The notes under the pieces are model-generated. The model worked only from the letters and a program-made list of their open reading frames with translations. It searched no databases and had not been told where the DNA came from. Of a DNA stretch of 64,000 bases, positions 19,966 to 29,313 are shown one piece after another. The DNA is from Nematocida ausubeli (lineage: Eukaryota), in contig NW_026515635.1 of the NCBI RefSeq assembly GCF_000738915.1, positions 372,001 through 436,000 of the forward strand, read 5' to 3'. The translations under genes were made by a program, and so were the position numbers. How positions within the stretch are numbered: position 1 is the first letter of the stretch; every line of letters begins with the position of its first letter.

Positions 19966-22900
19966 TTATTGCTCTATGGCATACCCAATCTGGGTTAAAT
20001 TCGTTCCTATAACAGGCATCTTTCCAACTGCCAGGCACGAAGACGGATTTAGCAGATTATCCATTGACCCATCCACAATTGCATCCCGCATGAATGTGTA
20101 CGCTGTTTCAAATGATATTTTCTGCATTGGTACTCCGACTGTAGAAAAGGCTCCTCTGCTGAAGGGAATGATTGTGCCCGTGTGCGTCATGTAGTCAGCA
20201 ATCAGGGACAGATGCCTATAGTCCACTCCAATTCCATACACGTCAAACACTGCAGCAATTTCCCGAATAATGGCAGACCTTGCTGCCTCCACGCCAAGCA
20301 CGTTGTATGTCTCCCATATACTGTTGGAGCGTGCTGTTTCCACATTGGCCAAGTCGCACAGAAGGCTCTCCGATCCAACTCGGTCGAACAGAGAGTGTAG
20401 CCCTCCCTGCTGCACAACGTACTGTCCCTCGCCGTAGCTGCAGTTCTCGTAGCTGACGCCTGTTTCAATGTACATCGCACCAAGGATGCTTTCAATTCTT
20501 GGGAGGTACAGTGTTCTATACGCAACGCTTGCATGGAGTGTCACATAAACCTTCTCTCCGTCGGATGTGCACGATGGCTCTCGTACATGGTCTGCACAGC
20601 CCTCCTCGCTTACTTCAGCAGGCGCCATCTCATCTTCCTCTCCGCTCTTCTCACTTGCATCTGCAGACACTTCTGACTCGGATTCAGACTCAGAGCTTTC
20701 TTCCTCGTCTGTGTCACCCTCCTTCATCTGCGCAACATCTTCCTTTATTTCGCGTGCTGTTTCTGTAATTTCCTGGTGTGAGAGTGACTTTAAGAAGGCC
20801 AGCATACTGCGGCTGAATTTAGAGAAAAAGTCCCTCCGTATGGCTGTCTCCACAGCCAGCACTGCTCCAGGCACAGGCGTAGCCACAATGTTCAACTGCC
20901 GCACAAGGTCTCCATTGTGCATAAATACTTGCTCATCTACACTGATGTCTGTTAAAAGCGAAAGAACAGACCTGCGCCCAGATATGGTAAGTGCTCTTTC
21001 CTCTTCCGGTGTAGGAGGCCTGTGTGCTTGAACTGTTATAACAGGAGTTTTAATCTTCTTTGTGGCGTGCATAACAATCTCCTTCAGACGCGGCATACCA
21101 AGGGTCACGTTTTTACCTCCCACACCTGCCAGGTGGAATGTATTCAGTGTCATTTGTGTTGAAGGTTCTCCCACACTCTGTGCTGCCAATATACCAACAG
21201 CCTCTCCTGGGTCTACAGATGCCTGTGCATATCTCTTCCACTCTGTTCCCTTTTCCACTGCCTTAGCTGCATTTATTGATGCCAAGTACTTCTCAGACAC
21301 TCTTCCTGGGACAGACCGTGCGTTGTACAGATCTCCCGCAGTTAACCCTGCAGCACTTGCATTCCCTGCACTTTGTAAAGACCCACTGTCTTTAATGCCT
21401 GTATTTTGTCTCTTCTGTGAGGGGTTTTCTGCAAAGAACTCGTGCTTATGAAGATATGCGGCTTTTTCTGGGTGCACGCCGTCCTCTCCGTATACCATCT
21501 GTATTACAGATCCAGTTGCATCTCGGACTGATCCATCCACCTCCACGCGCAGGCCTTCCAAGTGCTTGATCAAACATCTTTGCAGATAACCTGATCTGCT
21601 GGTCTTAACGGCCGTGTCAATCAGCCCTTCTCTTCCGGCCATGCAGTGGAAGTAGAACTCCTCTGGATGCACACCTGTCAAGAACCGCTGTGAAATAAAT
21701 CCGTGCGCACGGGGTGTTGGCTCAAGCGGGCAGAACGTAGGCAGTGTCCTTCCGGTTGGCATCAGTGGCACACGCAGTCCTTCCAGCTCCTGCTGACCCA
21801 GCATGGCCACAATCTGCCCTAAGTTAACCAAGCTCCCCTTTGCCCCAGAGATAACCATGGCGCGCATGTTATTCCGCAGTCCCTGCACACTCAGTCCACT
21901 GCCTGCTGTTTCCAGAACCTGTGATGCACAGTCGCTTGTGGATGCGCGCATTTCTGCGTCTAGGTCTTTCTTCTCTGCTGACACTTCACCGCGCCCTGCA
22001 GCCCGTGCTGTGTCCTGGAGGTATGTCATATTAGACCCCATGTAGCTGCACGAGACAGTACTTCCTGCCACTAGGCCCTCCTCAATCTGGACGCGCCGCT
22101 GCTTCTCTGCCTCTGGCCTAACCACTAGATCATCCATTGTACAGGAGTGTCCGCGGACTATTAAAGCCCTGTTGAACAGCCGGCCCAGCGCTGTAAGCAA
22201 GCTGTTTGCAGCCCTGCCTCCATACCTCTCATGCACTGCATGAATTAGGCCGTATGAAGCTGTGCCGATCTGCGACTTATCTAGGGCACCAGAAATCACA
22301 GTGCCGTTACGCAAGATAAAGTCGTCGCCCAATTTAGTTCTCGCTGCAAGGGAGATGTCCATCCTTAGATTCTGCATGACACCTGTAACGCACTGTGCTC
22401 CTGTGTAGAGGCGCGCTGGGCGCAGGATTGCTGGCTTCTCTAAGACCCATCTTCTGTGCTGCTGGATTTCCTCTAAGGCAGTGACGAGCATCTGTGCGTA
22501 TTCGTCGCGCGGGAGGAATATGCACCGCTGCAGGAACAGAGTTCCCATAACCACGTGGTCCTGGACGTGCCCCCGAACGGGTGCTCCGTTTGTTGCAGAA
22601 ATAAAGCACTTGTCTGTGGCGCATATCTCTTCTGCCTCCACCTGCGCCACAATGTTCTGTGGACAGTGCACGTTCATTTCGTCCCCATCAAAGTCTGCGT
22701 TGTACGAGTTACAGTTCACGTAGTGTAGCCTAATGGTTCTTTCCCGTGGCAGAATGCGCACACGGTGCCCCATCATACTGACTCTGTGCAAGGACGGCTG
22801 TCTGTTAACAAGAACGTAGTCTCCTGTTCTCATGTGCCTCCAGACACGCCGTATAGACAAGCTCGAGAGCGGCTGCAGAGGGCCCTGCACATGCACATCT

Positions 22901-24285
22901 GCATCTGTGCTGGCGTGTGCATTGAAAGATGCTGCAGTGAGTAGCTGTCTAGCAATGTGCTCTCTCTTCTCTGGTGTTATATGCTCCAGACTGATCATCT
23001 TTCCTGTGGCGTCTTCTACAAATTCTGCCCCTGGGTACACTGGCCCGTTCTCAACTGCCTTGCGAAGTGCTTCTATGTTTACAGGAGAGACGCCTTCTGG
23101 GACTGTGAGCTTCTTTGCAAATTCCACTGGAAGACCCACTTCGTGGACTGCAATTGCAGGATCTGGGGAAATAACAGAACGTGCAATGTAATTCACTCTC
23201 TTTCCCATAATGTGCTTTCTGAACAGCCCATCTTTCTTTTCAATGATCTGCCGCACACCAAAGGCTTTGGCCTTGTCAGACTCGCGCGACGAAAACAGCT
23301 CTCCAACTGCATCCTGCAGGCGTATGTACGAAGATGTGATGGCTTTTGATGATTTGTCTTGCAGATTAAAGAGATCCATTGCTATCCGAATGATATTTTG
23401 GTATATCCCTGTCTTCAAGCTGGGAACAATAGCATCTGTCGGCAGGCGGGAAGCCGGTCTGCTCTGGTTTGAAGTCACAGCGACTGCCTCAATAAAGAAC
23501 ATTGGAATGAGAAAGTTTGCGCCCTGCAGCTTCTGGTACATGCCAGAAAATAGCTCGGACAAAACAGCCTCCTCATTCTGCGTGAGTTTCTGAATAATCT
23601 GAATGGCCTCAACTGGAAGAAGAAGCTCACCCCGAGAGACTGGGACGCCCTCTTTTGGTCTGTGCTCTCTCTCCACTGAGATTCGCATAGACGAAAGCGT
23701 GATCTTTTTCTCAGACTCACCGCACCAGAGGCATGCTCTTTGGGGCGTGCTCAGAAAGCGCGTACGGAGGTTGTGCGTTGTATTCTCTGGCAGATCAGTG
23801 CTTGGTGTATTCTTCAAGGTCTCAGTGAGCAGCTCCTGAATCTTATCGTACTTTTTTCTACGAAGAAGTTCTCCTGCTTTGCTGGCCTGTATTTCGTGCC
23901 CGCACCGTGCAAGGTGCATTTGTGCTGCTGCACCGGCAGCCTCGTCCTTTCCCATTCTAAAGCGGAAGCACCCAAGGCATGTTTGCCGAATAAGGCGTGC
24001 CAGTGTATCGCACGTCATTGGGTTGTATACAGGAAGGGGCAAATCTATGTGGCCGAAATGCCCTGGGCATGCATTGCCTCTCTGTCTGCATGTACCACAG
24101 GCTTCGCTTATATCTGATGATCCCAGCCGCTGGTCGTATAGACCGCCTACTATGGCGTGTCCCAGATCATCGTATATCTCTGAGTCGACTATTTTAAGGA
24201 CACTTTGGTTTTTAATTTCCTGCGGTGTAAGCATATGCAGGTGCATTCTTTGTGCTCTAAACAGAAGCGGTCTTTCCTTGTTCAT
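19966..24285 (-). CDS. RPA1: RNA polymerase I largest subunit
   Basis: GGLYDQRLG, CPGHFGHI, GLFRKHIMGKRVNY, YNADFDGDEMNVH, HCMAGREGLIDTAVKTSRSGYLQRCL, TLNTFHLAG..KNVTLG, acidic expander region. Confidence 0.96.
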   Translation of the reverse strand: MNKERPLLFRAQRMHLHMLTPQEIKNQSVLKIVDSEIYDDLGHAIVGGLYDQRLGSSDISEACGTCRQRGNACPGHFGHIDLPLPVYNPMTCDTLARLIRQTCLGCFRFRMGKDEAAGAAAQMHLARCGHEIQASKAGELLRRKKYDKIQELLTETLKNTPSTDLPENTTHNLRTRFLSTPQRACLWCGESEKKITLSSMRISVEREHRPKEGVPVSRGELLLPVEAIQIIQKLTQNEEAVLSELFSGMYQKLQGANFLIPMFFIEAVAVTSNQSRPASRLPTDAIVPSLKTGIYQNIIRIAMDLFNLQDKSSKAITSSYIRLQDAVGELFSSRESDKAKAFGVRQIIEKKDGLFRKHIMGKRVNYIARSVISPDPAIAVHEVGLPVEFAKKLTVPEGVSPVNIEALRKAVENGPVYPGAEFVEDATGKMISLEHITPEKREHIARQLLTAASFNAHASTDADVHVQGPLQPLSSLSIRRVWRHMRTGDYVLVNRQPSLHRVSMMGHRVRILPRERTIRLHYVNCNSYNADFDGDEMNVHCPQNIVAQVEAEEICATDKCFISATNGAPVRGHVQDHVVMGTLFLQRCIFLPRDEYAQMLVTALEEIQQHRRWVLEKPAILRPARLYTGAQCVTGVMQNLRMDISLAARTKLGDDFILRNGTVISGALDKSQIGTASYGLIHAVHERYGGRAANSLLTALGRLFNRALIVRGHSCTMDDLVVRPEAEKQRRVQIEEGLVAGSTVSCSYMGSNMTYLQDTARAAGRGEVSAEKKDLDAEMRASTSDCASQVLETAGSGLSVQGLRNNMRAMVISGAKGSLVNLGQIVAMLGQQELEGLRVPLMPTGRTLPTFCPLEPTPRAHGFISQRFLTGVHPEEFYFHCMAGREGLIDTAVKTSRSGYLQRCLIKHLEGLRVEVDGSVRDATGSVIQMVYGEDGVHPEKAAYLHKHEFFAENPSQKRQNTGIKDSGSLQSAGNASAAGLTAGDLYNARSVPGRVSEKYLASINAAKAVEKGTEWKRYAQASVDPGEAVGILAAQSVGEPSTQMTLNTFHLAGVGGKNVTLGMPRLKEIVMHATKKIKTPVITVQAHRPPTPEEERALTISGRRSVLSLLTDISVDEQVFMHNGDLVRQLNIVATPVPGAVLAVETAIRRDFFSKFSRSMLAFLKSLSHQEITETAREIKEDVAQMKEGDTDEEESSESESESEVSADASEKSGEEDEMAPAEVSEEGCADHVREPSCTSDGEKVYVTLHASVAYRTLYLPRIESILGAMYIETGVSYENCSYGEGQYVVQQGGLHSLFDRVGSESLLCDLANVETARSNSIWETYNVLGVEAARSAIIREIAAVFDVYGIGVDYRHLSLIADYMTHTGTIIPFSRGAFSTVGVPMQKISFETAYTFMRDAIVDGSMDNLLNPSSCLAVGKMPVIGTNLTQIGYAIEQ

Positions 24286-24630
24286 TTTCTAAAAAAATAT
24301 TTCAGAGAATTTATGCATTCTTTGCTGTAGAATGTTAAGGTGCCACGGACTTTCAGCTGACAGAGAAGTATAATTTATTTTATGCAGTAAGTCCCTCTAG
24401 TGCCATCTACATGCGCTTGATGAGTCAATAATTTCAATATTTTGTTCATTCTATTTTTGTGTATATATACTATGTCTTCTACTGCATCTTTATATATCTT
24501 TGATTGGCTGGGTCTTATTTAGCTGATATTCAGTGCACCCTAACTCATGGCCATTTCTGCCAGTCCTGGGGACAGTTCGGTTGTGGTAATTAAACCTGCG
24601 ATAAATAAATTATTATTCTGTTCTTTATTT

Positions 24631-25347
24631 ATGTCACAAAGCATCGACGTAAGTGGGAGGTACACAGAGACAGGTAATATTCTGCAGCTGGAATATGCCA
24701 AGAAGGCAGCTGCAAAAGGGCACACCACAATAGGCATAGCATACAAGGACGGGGTTATCTTGGCGGTGGAGAAGAAGGCGTCTTCAAAGCTTATTGACAT
24801 TAAGAAACTTATGTTCATTGAAAGTCTTTCGGATGGATTTGCAATGGCATACACGGGCCTTGGGCATGATGCCTTTGTGCTTAAGCACGAGCTGAAAAGG
24901 TACTGCATGCAGATCCTGGAGTCTCGGGAGAGAGAGCCTCTGGAGGAGGAGATGCTTGACCAGATTAGATCCTACCTGCTGCACTTCTCATCATATATGT
25001 CGTGGAGGCCGGTTGGCTGCGAGTTTCTGCTTTCTTCGCAGAACACGCGAAATGTGAGTCTTTTCCACATCGATGCATCTGGCGCAGCCAACAGATGCCG
25101 GGCATATGCTGTTGGGCTTAATGCACAGGCTGCCAAGACTGAGTTGGAGAAAATTCACCAGGACATTGCCACACGTGATGATGCAGTGCATGCAGCCATT
25201 AGAGTCTTGCATCTTTCAAAGGATGAGCTCTCTGAAGGATCCTTTGTAATTGAAATGGTAGAAGTGTCTAAAGAAGAGGGAATTAAGAGAGTGTCAGAAG
25301 AGGAAATAAACTCTCTCTCTGCAGGGTTTAACAGTGAGCACAACTAG
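24631..25347 (+). CDS. PRE10: 20S proteasome alpha subunit (alpha7-like)
   Basis: QLEYAKKA, DGVILAVEK, WRPVGC, QAAKTELEK; likely start MSQSIDVS at 24631. Confidence 0.82.
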   Translation: MSQSIDVSGRYTETGNILQLEYAKKAAAKGHTTIGIAYKDGVILAVEKKASSKLIDIKKLMFIESLSDGFAMAYTGLGHDAFVLKHELKRYCMQILESREREPLEEEMLDQIRSYLLHFSSYMSWRPVGCEFLLSSQNTRNVSLFHIDASGAANRCRAYAVGLNAQAAKTELEKIHQDIATRDDAVHAAIRVLHLSKDELSEGSFVIEMVEVSKEEGIKRVSEEEINSLSAGFNSEHN

Positions 25348-25543
25348 TTGCTAAACAAACACCATCCTGCGCTATAGCGATTCTGGTTATAATAAATCAT
25401 ATTCATTATGCCTTCTCACTGTATTATAGACTGTGCATATGCTTGGCACGCACTTTACAGAAGTACAATATGACAGAAATACTACTTTGCATTCTTCTGA
25501 GTTTGCAGAATTTCACTACTCTTCTATTTATATTTTTGACCGC

Positions 25544-25781
25544 ATGGAGTGGCTATAAAGGCAGTTAATTATGAAATTCTTGGGAGGCTAATTTACTGCG
25601 TATCTGTGCTTGCTTTCACTCCATATACTCGTGTGCTTAAATAGGGGCATGTATTCTTTACACGTATGCACACTATCAAAGTGATTGCGTGCGAATATTA
25701 AAGCAGATAACGCCACTCTATGTGGTAGTTTGTGGATGTGGGGTTTGCATATTAATGCGCAGTCTTAATGGCTCGCACTTT
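25544..25781 (+). ncRNA. Candidate structured non-coding RNA (class unassigned)
   Basis: Three successive hairpins with nested stems; G-U pairs favour the + strand. Confidence 0.35.
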
Positions 25782-25993
25782 ATTTATGTTTCTTGATGAG
25801 ATATCATATCTTTTTCCAGAAAAAACATCTGCATTCGGGCTTCTATGCAGATGCACAGAAAATGGCATCTTGCCGGTAGTGCTTGCCTTTTACCTCTGTT
25901 TGCTCTTTGTGGGCGTATTTTGCGCTCTCTATTCCAGTTAAAGGTGCCTGCAGCTGCTTGAATTATATTCGATATATTTTTTATTTGTATATT

Positions 25994-26638
25994 ATGTTTA
26001 GTGGTAAAGACGGACTATTCGCTTTGGACAAGGGGACAACCACAGCCTCTTTCATCACAAAGGATGGAATTGTGGTGGCTGTAGACTCTAGAGCCACATC
26101 AGGGTCGTACATTGCATCGCAGACTGTGAATAAAGTCATCCAGGTTAACAAATATTTGCTTGGCACAATGGCAGGTGGTGCTGCTGATTGCTTCTACTGG
26201 GAGAGAGCGATGGGTGACTATGCGATGAAGCATGAGCTGAAGTATGGGGAAAGAATACCTGTGGCAGGGGCTGCAAAGTACCTTTCTGCTACACTGAATG
26301 CGTATAAAGGAAGAGGTCTGTCAATAGGAAGCATGGTCTGCGGGTGGGGGTCAACTGGGCCTGCCATCTACTATGTGGATGACTCTGGAAACTGCATAAA
26401 CGGCAAGCTATTCTCAGTGGGATCTGGGTCTTTGTTTGCATATGGTATTTTGAACCCTGGGTACAGCTATGAAATGGAGAAGGAGGATGCAATTGAGCTT
26501 GCAAGGCGAGCAATCTTCCATGCTGGGCACAGTGATGCATACTCCGGGGGAACAGTGAACATCTACTTCATTGATGAGAACGGATGGACTAAAATAGACT
26601 CACAGGATGTATCTTGCTTATATGATAAGTATATGTAA
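25994..26638 (+). CDS. PRE2: 20S proteasome beta5 subunit
   Basis: KGTTT processing site, VAVDSRATSGSYIAS, LLGTMAGGAADC, FSVGSGS, DAYSGG. Confidence 0.95.
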   Translation: MFSGKDGLFALDKGTTTASFITKDGIVVAVDSRATSGSYIASQTVNKVIQVNKYLLGTMAGGAADCFYWERAMGDYAMKHELKYGERIPVAGAAKYLSATLNAYKGRGLSIGSMVCGWGSTGPAIYYVDDSGNCINGKLFSVGSGSLFAYGILNPGYSYEMEKEDAIELARRAIFHAGHSDAYSGGTVNIYFIDENGWTKIDSQDVSCLYDKYM

Positions 26639-26717
26639 TAATAAATATTCGTATTGCATGAGTGTTTAGGATTTGCATGCGGTGCTGCTTGCTGGCTGCC
26701 TTGATTTAGATCTTCAG

Positions 26718-26888
26718 ATGCACTTCTACGCTCTATTGCTATCGTTTGCGTTTATCTTGATAGAAAAGGTGCATGGATTTTCATGGTACTTTTTGGCCTT
26801 GAATCTGATTTATCTTTGGCTGGTATGGAATGAACCCCTCATAGTATACGGAAAGAATTCTGAATACAGGTTTGAAATAAAAATATAA
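26718..26888 (+). CDS. Possible small two-helix membrane protein
   Basis: MHFYALLLSFAFILIEKVHGFSWYFLALNLIYLWLVW; AATAAA near the stop; no recognisable family. Confidence 0.3.
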   Translation: MHFYALLLSFAFILIEKVHGFSWYFLALNLIYLWLVWNEPLIVYGKNSEYRFEIKI

Positions 26889-27367
26889 AGGCTTCACTTT
26901 TTATTCATTCATCTTTGAAGATTGAAGGCTTTTTAAATCAGATCTTGCCTAAACAATAACTTGTGTTTGGTGGAAATAAGAGCAGCATGGGAGAGAGTGC
27001 TACTTTGCGCTGAACCAGGTGAGCGCATGGAGCGCGCTGTGAGATATTTGTTCTAAGAAAATTCATAACTATTATGTAATCTGGAATATTAAACTTAAAG
27101 GGCCTAGGGTAATAGGAAGCTGAAGTAGAGAGTGTGTAAGAAACTACAAGAACACAACTTGTGCTAGGCAAAGACGTATACAGATCTACAATGTACAATA
27201 GATTTGTCTTGCATTTCTACTAAAAACCCAGAGTGCTGTGCAGAATTGTCTATATATTTATTTATGCGCAGCACAATTATATGGTAGTTATGAAGAGACC
27301 AAACTATTCGAAGGCGTGCAGGATCTCATTAATTATTTATTTTGGATTTTTTGTTTGTCGATAGGGA

Positions 27368-28336
27368 ATGGAAGAAGTTAAGAGTGAAAAATGTTTTTCT
27401 AGAATGCTGTTGCTTCTAATAAAAGTCGTGAACTCTCTAATAATTCCGTTTGACATAAAAGCACTGCTTGTTATCGGTCTAGAATATGTCTCTGCCGGCT
27501 TGCATAGAATTCTGCAGAAAAAAGAAGAAAAAGAGACACACAGCAGTAGCGCAGAGGAACCTATTCGAAAAACAGCAGTTATGCTAGATGGCACCAGCAA
27601 ACACGGGGTTATTTTGAGGAAAAAGCTTGCAGAAGAAGGATATTCTGTTATATATCCAGACGAAAACGGCATTTCAGAAGAAAACATGATAAACATTCCA
27701 ATTAAAATAAGAAACGAAGCATCCATTAACCTTTTTGTCAAGAAAATATCACTGTATGGGAGAATAGACCTGCTGGTATTGAACTCTGCAAAGCGCAGCA
27801 TATCTACGCAGGTCAAAATCCGGCCAATAAAAGGCCTTGAGAAAAAGATTATTCCTTCAAAGGACAAAAAAGGATTCATCAGTAAGAATGAACTCTACAA
27901 GGAAAAAAATAGAGTTCTATTGGAGAAAGACTCAAATGCAAAGAAAAACTATCTATTCAACTTTCTTCTGATTCGAGGTCTTGCAGAAAAGCTGAAAGCT
28001 GGGGATGGAGTGGTTGTGCTTTGTATTGACAGAATTTTTATGATAGCTGACAAAGCCCCATCCATGCTGCCAAGCTACTTCTTCTCATATTGCCACAGCC
28101 AGCTGCTTGCTCTTTTCCTGGGAATTGGCACCAAGTCCCGATACACCTACCTAGACGTGCGGATAGTAGGGAGCTGCTTCCTGACCGACCAATGGACATC
28201 TGCAGCTATAGGCTCCATACGCCAAAAGAGAAGTGAGTCGGTTCAATACTTCAATGGTTCTACAGAGGAAAAGATTGATGAAAGCTACACAGACAGAGCA
28301 AATGACCTGTGGGAGAATGCAGAGATGGTCTCCTAA
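27368..28336 (+). CDS. Degenerate SDR (retinol-dehydrogenase-like) protein, probable pseudo-enzyme
   Basis: KTAVMLDGTSKHG..LAEEGYSV Rossmann start, GRIDLLVLNSA, NYLFNFLL, YCHSQ at the YxxxK position. Confidence 0.65.
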   Translation: MEEVKSEKCFSRMLLLLIKVVNSLIIPFDIKALLVIGLEYVSAGLHRILQKKEEKETHSSSAEEPIRKTAVMLDGTSKHGVILRKKLAEEGYSVIYPDENGISEENMINIPIKIRNEASINLFVKKISLYGRIDLLVLNSAKRSISTQVKIRPIKGLEKKIIPSKDKKGFISKNELYKEKNRVLLEKDSNAKKNYLFNFLLIRGLAEKLKAGDGVVVLCIDRIFMIADKAPSMLPSYFFSYCHSQLLALFLGIGTKSRYTYLDVRIVGSCFLTDQWTSAAIGSIRQKRSESVQYFNGSTEEKIDESYTDRANDLWENAEMVS

Positions 28337-29313
28337 GCGCAGCTAGAGGTACAGTACAATAGAGGATTGGTGACTGGCTGTGCTAAGGCCTGCACTTCGC
28401 AGAATGTATAGAATTTCATGCACCCGCATTCTTTCTTTTCAATATCCTAGGCAGATAAAATAAATCTGTTATACTGCACTTTTCTATACTGTAATATGCT
28501 TTTTTATATCCAGCTTGGAATTACAGTACTGCATTTTTCAATATACTTTTGTCTATCTTCCCACAATGGAGCTAGTTCTTTGTGGCTGTCTTTTCTGCCT
28601 GCATTATGGTATATTTAAATTTAAAATGGCAGATTCCTTGCTTTAGATGATCTACAATTTTATCATAAAACCGCATGCGTACTACATGTATACTTTGCAT
28701 AGACTTTATATTTTCAAACAACAAATCTTCTAGCAGAATGCAACTAACACTACGTATTTAACGCGCATTCATAATATAAGTAGAAAATAGCAGAAACAAA
28801 TGATTACATTAAAATTCACTAGACTAGCAGGATATTCCACACCTGTGTACTTTAAAGCAGTAATTTTTAGAACTTTAAATAAGTTTATATTTGGCTTTAT
28901 TCATTTATAGCAAATGCTTTTTCTATTATAAGCCACTCAAATTAAGAAATACCACTATTTTCAATTAGAGGAATTTCTTTGGTATAGAATAATAGAATAG
29001 CTCTAGTAGTTTTTCTACTATGATTAATAGGGATATCAATCAATTATATGCCATGCTCTTGCAAATCCATCAATATATCTTTTACTATAGCATAAGACAC
29101 AAAGGCTGTTTAAGAAGTGCTATTGATTTGGAATTGCATAGCAGTTATTTAGCTGCCGCACGGCATACTGCAATATCTGTAGATTCTGTATTAGAATTAA
29201 GCCATCTTTTACACCGGATATAAAAAGACGCAGCTATAAGTTTTAGTCTTTTTATGAACTACGCAATTTCTTTAAACCAACTATTTATATGCCATTGCAG
29301 GCCAAAATGCGCT

